DNA of 64,000 bases, taken from positions 46,733,416-46,797,415 of the forward strand of contig JARDVH010000121.1 of assembly GCA_030324005.1 (NCBI GenBank), written 5' to 3'. The notes below the pieces were generated by a model. The model saw only the letters and a program-made list of their open reading frames with translations. It did not search any database and had not been told where the DNA came from. Source of the stretch: Negaprion brevirostris (taxonomy: Eukaryota). Below, piece after piece: positions 35,573 through 47,080 of this stretch (position 1 is its first letter; each line of letters begins with the position of its first letter). A program made the translations under genes and the position numbers.

Positions 35573-37869
35573 CAACATCAGAGAAGTCAGCTGTTATTAT
35601 TAAGATGACCCTAATGCCCCTTTCCAGAACTGTGCAAAGTCTCTTGACATTTCTCCTGAAGGATTCTGACCCCTGAAAATGGTTTGTCTGCAAATGACAA
35701 AAGGAAACCTCGGGATTCCAGACCTGGGAAACGTATCCTTTTTCCATCACCCAAGAGAAGTGGGAGGTAAGTCACATGTATTTCTCCAAGCTGTTAGAAC
35801 CTGTAATATTGCCGTGTGACAAAAAACTCACTATTTAACCTCAGAAGAGAAGGAATCCAGGCAAACAGCCTCTCTCAGTCTATTGTTTTACCATCGAGCA
35901 GGCAGCAGCAGAAAGAGCTCTGTCCAGGCCTCATCAATAACATGAACTACTGGAACACTGGAATTTTTGTATTTCTGCCTTCAAGACTAATTCAACACTA
36001 CACCTCCTCCCACTGTGGAAGGCCTCGCTCTGGTTTGCCAGGTCATCCAGCAACAGTCAGCACCTGGTGGAATACAACATTGGACTTTTCATTCTGGACT
36101 CAGATGAAACCATAAGTCTGATTTTTTATCACAGTCTGCCTGATTTCCTTATCCCTCTTCCAGCATACGAATGCAGAAGGGACTGATGTTGCAAAACCTC
36201 TTTCCCGCACTTTGTGTATGTGGAAAATCAACCAAACCTCTCATTTCACCATGTCTCAATCTTGGAACGCTCCAAACTGGAGTGTTCCAAAAAAACCCCA
36301 CCACTTTTAAAGGGGGAAATCAGAAATCAAAAAAAATACCTAACTGTTCACAGACAGGCAGTGAAAGGAAAAATCAGGACTATTTAAATTAATTCACATC
36401 CTGTCTGTAAATTTGGCGCTTAATTTATGAGATACTGTCTTGCCCTGTGTGCAAAGTTGATGAATTTTTGATCTAAAATTCAGTGAAAGGATTGATCCTA
36501 TGCTAATGGAAAAAAATCAGACTCAAAAATGAGAGTTTGTTGCCGCTCTCAACATGAGCTGCAAGATTTCAGGAACTTCAGCGCTGGTTTAAAACTTTGA
36601 AAGATTTTGTCTTCCTTTAAAAACGTATTTAAATTGCTACCCCCTTTTAACTCCCAGCCTTTTTTTTTGAAACACACACTAATCCCTAGAATGACAATAA
36701 ATTTATTACAAGGACACCATCAAATATGACTAAGGATTTGGTTGTTCGGAAGTGAGAATGACTTCAGCTGATTGGTTTTCAAGGTTCCAATCTTTGTTCC
36801 TTGCCTGCGCTGGTGGAGTTAGCCAATTAGCTCCATTACATTATAAAATTGTCCCCTTTTAAATATTTGTAGGGGAAAAAAACTCTAATAGGTTAGAAAA
36901 GATTTTAAACCATTAGACATTAAGACACAGATAGAACTACCAGCACTAAGATTAATGATTTTAAATCAAACTTACAAGCTAACAAGGGAGCAGTCTGCAT
37001 ACATATGAGACACAGTAAGAAATTTAAACAAGTGATAATGATTTAAGACATATATGTTGATATTTTGAATGTATTAAATTACTTTAAAAATGTATTTTTA
37101 TGCAAATCATTGCTCACTTTGGCCAAAGACATGATCGTTGAGGGTAAAAAGACAAAACTACATCCAAAGGGAATAATGAAACCTTGGAAATATGCAAGTT
37201 TTTACAATCAGTGGAGTTTCTAATGGTGGAACATTAAAGGGCAACTTCATGAATAGGATTGATTCACTGTCCAGATAAAATGGATGCATGCCCAGATGCG
37301 GGATCACGTGTTAGTTTGACTTGATAGTGACCTGGAGGGGAACACATGGGAAGGTCAACGTTGAACTTACTCACCAGGCGTCTGGGTACGAAGAGGTACG
37401 GGATGTTGTGTTAGCCAAAATGGGAAGATACATCCAGAAGTTACGTACTAATTAAACACCATTATGCCAGATGGTGCAATTGGCTCGAGTCAAATAAAAG
37501 ATCCATCCTTAAACTGAGACAGTGGCTTCATGAGTCTTGTATTGTCTGAAGTTTCAGCAATACCTGATCACCTCGCAAATCCCATATCGATTAAATTATT
37601 TGTTGCACGTTAAAATTAAATTTGCTTCCATCACTTTTTTCAGTCAGTCTATTCCAGATTGGATAAACTGGGAAAGCTGAAGGTGCTATCCCATGAGCAG
37701 AGTAGATTAAGAGAGATTTAATAGAGGTGTTCAAAAACATGAATGGTTTTAATAAAGTATTTATCTTGCAAAAGTATTGATAAAGTATTCCAGATTGTAA
37801 CAACTAGCTCTGGGAAAATTGTGTTGCCTTTTTGCCAATTTACAAAAAAAAAGTGTCGTCTGGTTATCA

Positions 37870-38160
37870 AAGGGTCATCTGGACTCAAAATATCAGCTCT
37901 TTTCTCTCCTTACAGATACTGCCAGACCGTGCTGCGATTTTCCAGCATTTTCTATTTTGGTGTCAGATTCCAGCATCCGCAGCAATTTNNNNNNNNNNNN
38001 NNNNNNNNNNNNNNNNNNNNNNNNNNNNNNNNNNNNNNNNNNNNNNNNNNNNNNNNNNNNNNNNNNNNNNNNNNNNNNNNNNNNNNNNGACCGAGCTGCG
38101 ATTTTCCAGCATGTTCTTTTTTGGTGTCAGATTCCAGCATCCGCAGCAATTTGCTTTTAT
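37870..38160 (+). repeat. Short dispersed repeat (Penelope-associated type); other copies at ~42050-42175, ~45935-46045, ~47345-47460 (-) and ~51220-51300
   Basis: Shared motif CAGATGCTGTCAGACCTGCTG...TTTCCAGCATTTTCT...TCAGATTCCAGCATCCGCAG is present in several copies in the window. Confidence 0.7.
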
Positions 38161-39299
38161 CAATACTTTTGCAAGATAAATACTTTCTCTTTATTAAATG
38201 TCCTATAATCTACTCTGCTCATGGGATAGCAGCTTCAGCTTTCCCAGTTTGCCCAGATAGCTGACATTCCTGACCCTAGTATCATTCTTGTAAATCTTTC
38301 CTGTTCCCATGCCCGCAAGGCCACCCCTTCATTGGCAGAGACCCCTGGGAATAATGCCAGGCAACAATAAAAATCCTATCAATTCATCAATGAGCAAGAT
38401 TGGCACACCTTTCCCTGAATGCCTTTTATAATGTTGTTTTCTTGACTGAATCTTTTCCAATTGCATTTACCATGTNNNNNNNNNNCGTTGTCTTTAGAAC
38501 AGGAGAACCATCCTCGCTCAGGTGACAGCACAGAGGTTTATCTTGTAAAAATCATTTTATCAAGTATTACAGTAATTTTTGTAACACACAAGGAAATTGC
38601 TCTCATTATGTTGTGAAAGGTAGCAGCCATTACAACGCTTTAACAATCATGAACAGATCTCGATGGTATTGTTCATGGGTCGTCCGGATTTGTGATACTT
38701 CCCTATTAATCAGACCTGCCCTTTCAAAGCCACTGGTATGATATTACCTGTTAGGAAACCTGGTTATGGAATTGGTGAGACCAACTGGAGCTCAGTAAGT
38801 TATTAGTAGATTTCAAGCTCCAGATGAAAGAAATTCAGAATTCTTTTTCTTTTTTACATTTATCAAGATTTGCTGATTTATAAGTTTAGGAACTGGTGCA
38901 AACTGTTAAAGTTACAAATTAATGTTAAGGAAACTGGAGTTCATGCAGATGTCAAGTAAGAGGCCACAGATATTCTGTCTCTGAAAAGTCTTATTCAGAG
39001 CTCCCCCCTCCCACAACTCTTCATATTTTTGTTTGAAATGGGACACAGAAGATGGAGTTTGACAGACAAGAAATGCAAATTAATGGGTTTGCAGACAGGA
39101 AATGCAAATTAATGGCTTTATCCAAATTTTGCAATCTGGACAAATCCATCAGAGGTGATGGCACAGTCACCAGTCGAGAGGGAGTGCCTTGGGGGTTCTC
39201 AACAGTGTTTCCACAGGTTGCATGAAGGAAATCTCCTGATTAACACCCATTACAAGTTAATGAATCCTTTACATTGAACATCACTCTGAATAAGCATCG

Positions 39300-39790
39300 A
39301 GGGTAACAAGGGCACAGAATGCACTCTGGATAGGAAATACTGTCCATTATTAAGAGTGGCCTGACAGTCCTACTAATGGCCAAATTGACCAAATCCTGAA
39401 GGGCAAGCAACAAGACCTTGACAATGTTCGAGCTTGGGCTGATAGTGGCAAGCAACAATGTCCCATCCAAATGTCAGAGAGTAACCATCTCCAAGGAGAG
39501 AGACAATCTTACCATTTCCATTCGATTGCATTATCATCACCGAATCCCCTCAGAAACATTGACCAGAAAGCTAACTGGACCAATATAAATACTCCAGCTA
39601 CATGGGCAGGTCAGGAGCTGGGAATTTTGTAGTGAGTGATCTATTTCCTGACTTCCCAGTGTTTCTCCGCCTTCTTCTATAAGGCACATTTCAGGAGCTT
39701 CCATTTGCTTGGGAGCAGACCCAACAACGAAGTTTGATGCCATCTCGGACTAAGCAGCCTGTTTAATTGGCACCCCCTCCACCTTAAGAA
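39300..39790 (+). mobile_element. LINE RT fragment of a second CR1-group family; related pieces at ~31670-31870 (-) and ~57780-57990 (+)
   Basis: QQDLDNVRAWA...KCQRVTISK-type RT remnant. Decayed. Confidence 0.55.
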
Positions 39791-39939
39791 CAAACTTCAA
39801 TTTGCCCAAAATTATGCTNNNNNNNNNNNNNNNNNNNNNNNNNNNNNNNNNNNNNNNNNNNNNNNNNNNNNNNNNNNNNNNNNNNNNNNNNNNNNNNNNN
39901 NNNNNNNNNNNNNNNNNNCTTCAATTTGCCCAAAATTAT

Positions 39940-40505
39940 GCTGCTTGTGTCCTGATCACCCATTACCCCTGTGCTCTTTCACCCACATCGGCTCCCAGCC
40001 CAGAAACACCTACATTTTAAAAACCTTATCTTCAAGTCCTTTTGCTGGTTCACCCACATCTTATCCCTGCAGCCAACATTCCCTGCAAGCTGTGTGGCCA
40101 CAACCTTAAAGCTCCCTTTTAAGTTATCACATGTGCACAGCCAGGCACAACATTTAAATTGGCTGCACACTTAAACAGATCACCCGCACACTCCAAAAAA
40201 TGAGAAGGAATGATGCCTGTAACCTCATTCAACCGCATACCTCAAAAGCTTTGCCTCCTCCAACTCTGGCCTTCTATGCATACCAGATTTTAAATGCTCC
40301 AACAATGGTGGCTTTGCCTCCTAAATCGCTCCATTTCTCTATCCAGCTCCATCGCCTCTGATAAAACCTCTCTGACAAAGCTTATATATCAGCTGCCCTA
40401 ATATCTGCTTATGTGACTTGTCAAACTTTGCTTGAGAATTATTCTGCAAAAGCTTCCAAAGGTGCTCCAATGTTAAAGGTGGCATATAATTCCAAGTTGT
40501 TGTCA
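39940..40505 (+). mobile_element. L2-type LINE 3' end; a similar fragment lies at ~45230-45450
   Basis: TTTTAAAAACCTTATCTTCAAGTCC remnant and terminal GTTAAAGGTGGCATATAATTCCAAGTTGTTGT. Confidence 0.6.
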
Positions 40506-41512
40506 TTTTAAGGCACGTGCCTTTTATCTACTGCCACTGCTAAGGAAGTGAAACTTGGGCACAGTCATCAATCAGATGGGAAGAATGAGCCAGTGAGGAG
40601 TGGCAGAATGAGCCTGCCTAGTTTAGGCTAAAAGCTGGCTGCAATCACTTGTGATTGTGGTGTGTTACACAGGAAGTGGCTTTTAAAGAGTTACAGAAAT
40701 GTTGCAGGAACAAATTGATCATGATGCATACTACATGTAAAGAAAAAGCATTTTATCTGGTGTAATTGCTCACTGATATTCAGCACAACTTAAAAAACGA
40801 AAGGCGACCAAATGTTGAACCTACTATATGTAGCGAGCTAAATATCAGCAATTTGTCGGGCCTTCCCAATGATTTGTTTGCAATTCCAGCTGTTAAACAG
40901 GGGAAACACTGAACAAGATTATCTCAGTCTTGTACAAAGACAGATTCTGAAGGGCACCCAGAGAAAAAGCCAATCCACAGTATACCAATGCATCCTTTAT
41001 AAGTGACAGAGTAACAACAGTAGATATCTACAATCAGGTCACCTACTACCCCTTCTCAATCAGGGATAGGGTAAGTGGAAGCTAAACAAAAAAAAAGTGA
41101 TGGAAAAACACATGAATGAAGTAAAAAGACACATGGGAGGAAAGAAGATTTTGTGCACTGGAAACAGCTAATACAAAATAATGAATTATGTTTGATGAGG
41201 CTGGAGTGCATACAAGTGAACTCATTACGTCTCCTAAAACACCAGGGAGCCAGTGTAATGTTATTCCATTGCTTCTCTCACAACTAAACCGCAATGTCAA
41301 AAATACTTCACTCAGGCTGCATTGCTTGAACTAACTGCATCTCGATTATCTGTACCCCAGGTCCAATGTTTTATCAATAACTAATCCCATATAAGATTCA
41401 CAGATCACCATTTCCTATTATCAACAATATTTTGTGACCCAGCTGGTTGACTTATACAATATTGCCATCACTTTCTTGGATTCTATTACATCTTACATTA
41501 TTTTACGAGTTG

Positions 41513-41890
41513 GCCATGGCTTAGTTAGTTGCACTCTCATCTGAGTCCAAGTTGCAGATTCAATTCTCATGCCAGAGACTTGAAACACTGGGCTGATGCT
41601 CCAGTGCAGAACTGAAGGATCAGTGCACTACTGGAGGAACAATCTTCAGGACCTTTAAACCAAGGACCTCTCTCAGATGGGAGCAAAAGATCCCGTTTGA
41701 AATGCAGGGGAACTGTCCCCGGTGTTCAGGCTGATATTTATCCCTCAACAAATATCACACTACTGTTTGTGGGAGTTTGCTGTGGCTACTTAGCTGCTGT
41801 GTTTCCCACACTGCAACAGTGGCCACACTCCCAAAGTTCTGCATTGGCTGCAAAGTGCTTCTGGGACAGAAGTGCAAGTCTTTCTTTGTC
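41513..41890 (+). mobile_element. DeuSINE (SacSINE1-like); more decayed copies at ~34830-35045, ~50060-50410 (-) and ~53160-53465
   Basis: tRNA-like head, then GGCTGATGCTCCAGTGCAGAACTGAAGGA..GTGCACT..GGAGG..TTAAACCAAGG..CTCTCAGATGG..AAAAGATCCC Deu-like core and a GCAAGTCTTTCTTT tail. Confidence 0.7.
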
Positions 41891-43147
41891 TTCCCATTTT
41901 GAAACTCGACCCCTTTCTCTCTTCTGAGAGTCTTTAAAAAAAATGGGTACCACATGCGTGGCCACTTGTTAGGTGACGGCTATTGCAGCTTTAAAGGAAC
42001 ATCCCATGGTACATCTACAGTGGCCTTACCTTTTGGTAAGGCTCAGACGAAGGCTCATTCAGACTCGAAATGTTGGCTCTACTTTCTTGCCACAGATGTT
42101 GTCAGACCTGCTGAGATATTCCAGCGTTTTCTGTTTTTGTTTCAGATTCCAGCATCCGCCGTATTCTGCTTTTACCTTTTGGGTCTTGGCAACAAAATGT
42201 ATCTAAGGCCATAAGGCAACCTCATCCTGAAGTATTTGTCCAAGAATGTGCTGCACATGATTACTACAGAGTGTAGATTCCAGGTTATCTTCAATGGTCG
42301 TATATTGCCTACAATTCCTTGGCTGCTTGCGTGAATTCACTGCAAGTGAATCTGGGCCTTTATCAAGGAAAACGCACAGCTTCGGTGTTAGTGAATGTGT
42401 GCTTATGTTAACAAGATTTTTTTTTGGATTAATTACAACGTGGTGAGAGGATAACGACCAGACTTACAGTGTAGTGGAGGCGTCATGAAGTGGAGGAACA
42501 CAGGTCGAAATTCACCCCTGTACAATTATCCAGATCAGTCATAACTCTGTGGTCAAGTATATGACCTGCACTTGGCATCTACCAAAAGAGGTAGAATACG
42601 TCGCCAGGCCACCGCTCTACACTGCTGAATAACCACTTATAATTGGAAGCAGTGGAGGCTTGGGAGCCAATTGCACGCCTTCTCTCTCAGTCACAGGAGA
42701 TGCATGGCCCAACGAGATCTGCACAGGGAAAAACACAGAGATTTCAATCTGCCCCATGCAAAGAAATTAACCACCTAATGTTTAATGACTAAGCTTCCTT
42801 AAATTTTGACTTTCAATTCCTGGGCAAGTGTAAGAAGGAATTGTACCATGTTCTAAAATGCAGAAAGAGCCCTCAATAAAATGATACAGAATTACTCAGC
42901 ACTGGAACTAACGTCTGGCTGACAAGGTGTCTCTCACACACTAACAATATTAATTTGTCTCAGTTGGGTGTGACCGGTTGATGATGAAGGCAAGGCTGCC
43001 ATCCACGAAGGCTAAGTAGCTTGAAGAGTTAATCACACATTCTCATAAATCCTGCAGACCATTGAGATGTTTACTAGGAAATCTATACTGTCACAAAACT
43101 TAAAAGAACTAGTGGCAAGCCCGAATTCTTCGATATCCTACTACAAA

Positions 43148-44020
43148 AGAACATGAGGACAGAAGGAGGAGTAGACCACACAACCCCTTNNNNNNNNNNN
43201 NNNNNNNNNNNNNNNNNNNNNNNNNNNNNNNNNNNNNNNNNNNNNNNNNNNNNNNNNNNNNNNNNNNNNNNNNNNNNNNNNNNNNNNNNNNNNNNNNNNN
43301 NNNNNNNNNNNNNNNNNNNNNNNNNNNNNNNNNNNNNNNNNNNNNNNNNNNNNNNNNNNNNNNNNNNNNNNNNNNNNNNNNNNNNNNNNNNNNNNNNNNN
43401 NNNNNNNNNNNNNNNNNNNNNNNNNNNNNNNNNNNNNNNNNNNNNNNNNNNNNNNNNNNNNNNNNNNNNNNNNNNNNNNNNNNNNNNNNNNNNNNNNNNN
43501 NNNNNNNNNNNNNNNNNNNNNNNNNNNNNNNNNNNNNNNNNNNNNNNNNNNNNNNNNNNNNNNNNNNNNNNNNNNNNNNNNNNNNNNNNNNNNNNNNNNN
43601 NNNNNNNNNNNNNNNNNNNNNNNNNNNNNNNNNNNNNNNNNNNNNNNNNNNNNNNNNNNNNNNNNNNNNNNNNNNNNNNNNNNNNNNNNNNNNNNNNNNN
43701 NNNNNNNNNNNNNNNNNNNNNNNNNNNNNNNNNNNNNNNNNNNNNNNNNNNNNNNNNNNNNNNNNNNNNNNNNNNNNNNNNNNNNNNNNNNNNNNNNNNN
43801 NNNNNNNNNNNNNNNNNNNNNNNNNNNNNNNNNNNNNNNNNNNNNNNNNNNNNNNNNNNNNNNNNNNNNNNNNNNNNNNNNNNNNNNNNNNNNNNNNNNN
43901 NNNNCATCCACCGGTTCCCCTGTCTACCGCACCAGTCACATCCTCATAGAAATCCAATAAATTCATCAAACATGACTTCCCTTTAACGAATCCGTGCTGC
44001 ATCTGCTCTATCAAATAATT
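43148..44020 (-). mobile_element. CR1 LINE, mostly hidden in an assembly gap
   Basis: QHGFVKGKSCLMNLLDFYEDVT on one side of the gap and a CR1 tail on the other. Confidence 0.8.
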
Positions 44021-45556
44021 GCCAACGGACCCATACCTCAACTTTCTTTGTAACCCAGTGCGGACAATTTGTCACGGCCCGGATTGACTCATGCAAAACC
44101 AAATAATATTGGATATCAGTTATCAGTTCAAGTCAAGCTGCAAAACAAAGCAGAAGAACAGTGTGCTACTGCTAGCAGGAGTGCAAGGAGGGTCTTTGTT
44201 CCAAATTCCTGAGAGGAACCTAGTCGACACTTGCTCATGACAGGAACACTTCAGTGATCTTTGAGAAGCTCCCAGCCCTGCAATCCAGTCAAAATTTAAA
44301 CTTTTCATTTTCATAAGCACCGCAATGCACTGCCAACTATCATTGGCTTTATCATGTGGCTGGCGTTCCTTTATAGGATTCAAAGAGGATAGACATTTGC
44401 TCAAGTGGGGAGTTTTGTATTAACAAGATTCTATTGTACTGTGCTTCTTTATCAAGGAAACAGATCACAGAGATCCCATCTCAGGCCGATAATGCTGCTT
44501 TTCTTCTGGGTACATCTGCACGCTGACGTCTAAAATTCTATTTTGTATAGCTGACGCTGCAGTCGTGTGTGTGATTGCTACATTGTAGTAACAATGTGGG
44601 ATACATACATATTGTGTTATAACATAGTTTCAACTGGAACAGGAAGAGTTATCTACACCCACAACACCCCAGATCGCACCAAGTTTAATTCACCCTCCAA
44701 AATGGCCAGTTCTTTAGCTTCACTGCTGTTAGACCCAGATTAAAAAAATGAATCAAGGAAATGAAAATAATCATTCAGTGTATTCACTAAGTGCCGCCAA
44801 AATTGTTTGGGATACCAAAAATAGATCCTGCAAGGAATTCAACTGGTTTTAAAAGGTAAATGATAGTTAAAAACACAACATATTTTTCAAAATTTCATAT
44901 ACAAACCACAATGTTTTCCATTTTCTAGCCAAAATTTAAAAGCACCGCACTGGCACATTTGGCATGAAAGCTTCTTTAAAAAAATCTTAACAAGACATTT
45001 CCTAAAATTGTGCCAAGTACTCAATATATTTCCTGTTTCTGTTAATAGCACATTGTCCCCACTAGGTGGTAGGAGAAGAACTGAGTAGATACATTTGCGA
45101 GGAAATTCAATACAGATCTCAGCTCAACTGTACTGGGTGCCACAAGGTAGTCATTAATTACATGCAAGTTGAAGTCAAACCCAAATATGAATTTATTAGC
45201 AAAAACGTAAGTGTGTGCGTCTGGCCCCTTGAGCACCATGAAATTCATCACCATCGGCAAACTCGGCTCCAGCCAATGGAATTCTCTTCAAGAGGCTATT
45301 TGAAACCTACCTCTTTGACCAAGCCTTTGGTCACCAGTTCCAAAATCTCAAATGGCTCAAGTGTCAAATTCTGTTCACTATCCTTCTTGTCAAACACCTT
45401 GGAGCATTTTGCGTTAAAGCTGCTGTTTAAGTGCAAATTGGTGTTGTGTACCATTGCACATTTAAATCCAAAATTGTGTTTTGTATAGCATACGTTGTAG
45501 TTGCAGAGTCGTGTGCCATTGTTACATTGTAGTAACTACATGGGGTATAAATAATA

Positions 45557-45910
45557 GGCCGGAATCCTCCCAAAGAAATTCAAAGTGTCGAATTCGTGGG
45601 AAAACTGGAGCAATCCACACTCACTTTATTTTCCAATGGGAGTTCACACTAGAATCTCTCACACACACGTTGCAATGCAGAGGCCACCAACCAGCATGAA
45701 TATCATTACATGTCAGTGGCCAGGGCCTATTCCCACCTGGGAAGCTGAGGCTAGTGGACCTCTGCGCATACACAGTAACTGTGAATTGTCAGCCTTTGGT
45801 CTACTGGCCAGCTCTGGACCCCGCAATGCTGCCCCCCACCTCCCCTCCCTGCCAAAGCCTAATCATGGCCCAATAGTAGTCCCCCCTCCCCCACCTAACC
45901 TCTGGTCAAA
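45557..45910. repeat. GC-rich non-autonomous repeat fragment (MITE-like); similar GC-rich repeat at 2426-2690
   Basis: Begins GGCCGGAATCCTCC after TAA and has C-rich runs. No partner TIR was found. Confidence 0.4.
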
Positions 45911-46309
45911 TAACAATCCTTGGTCAGAGCTGTTGAAGGTCATCCAGACTCTAAGCGTTGGCTCTATTCTCTCTCCACAGATGCTGTCAGGCCTGCATCT
46001 TCTGTTTTTGTTTCAGATTCTAGCATAGGCAGTATTTTGCTTTTATTATAAGAATTACAGGGTAGTCATTATCAAGAAGTTGGTGGAATTAAGTCGCACA
46101 GATTGAGTAACAGACTGTACAGCCATGTTTCGTAGCAATATATGTTTTAAGAAGTTTGTTTTGCAAACAGGTCCTGTCATGGTGGGCCTAACACTAATGT
46201 GCGTCATCTATTAGGTATTGCAGTATTATATGGTTTTAAAATTAAAATGCAGCTCTGCTAAAAGCTGTCAAGAAAACAGAATGATGCAACACATTTTTTC
46301 CAATTCTCA

Positions 46310-46640
46310 GGAGGGCTTCAAAAGGCAGACACCGAGAAGTTATTTACCTGACTGGAGAATCCTGAACGAAAGGGTCATAGTCTCAGAATAAGCTGTCAGA
46401 CATTCACAACTGAGTTAAAGTTTCTTCGTTCAGAGATTTGAGACTTTTTCGAGTTCTCTACCCAGAGGGTCGTGTAAGCTCAACTATGGAATATATTCCA
46501 GATAGAGATTGATAGATTTTTGTAAACGAAGGAAATCTAGGGATATGGGGCAAGGTACAGGAGTAAAGTTGGTGGAGACGATGATTCACGATCTCATTGA
46601 GTGGCAGGTCAGATAGCCAACTTACGTTTCAAATTCTAAT
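46310..46640 (+). mobile_element. CR1 LINE 3' fragment
   Basis: KGHSLRISCQTFTTE-like remnant and a CR1 3' UTR. Confidence 0.7.
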
Positions 46641-46770
46641 AGTGGTAACAACTGTTGTGTGCATCCATGCAACATTTAAAAGATCCACGTATGCATGCTT
46701 TAGATTTTTTATGTTGGTCAGGCCTATGCACATGGTCAACAGGACTTGGAGCTGAAGACGAGAGTCTCAT

Positions 46771-47080
46771 GGGCGGCATGTTGGCACAGTGGTTAGCACT
46801 GCTGCCTCACACCGCCAGGGGCCCAGGTTCGATTCCCAGCCTCGGGGTCACTATCTGTGTGGAGTTTGCACATTCTCCCTCAGTCTGCATGGGTTTCCTC
46901 CAGCTGCTCTAGTTTCATCCCTCATTCCAAAGATGTGTGGCCTAGGTGGACTGGCCATGTTAAACTGACCCCAGCGTCAGGAGGATTAGCAAGTTTGCAG
47001 CATATTGCGGGATGTGTTGGGATTGCAGGAATTGGGCCTCGGTGGAATTGTGGTCAGCACAGGCTCAATGGGCTTCAATG
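46771..47080 (+). mobile_element. HE1-like V-SINE, near full length, tail type B
   Basis: GGGCGGCATGTTGGCACAGTGGTTAGC (A box) and GGTTCGATTCC (B box), V core and CR1-like tail. Confidence 0.88.

Noticed and set aside
46771-46845. tRNA-like A and B boxes
   Set aside because: They are the head of a SINE and continue into the V core. No independent tRNA gene is supported.
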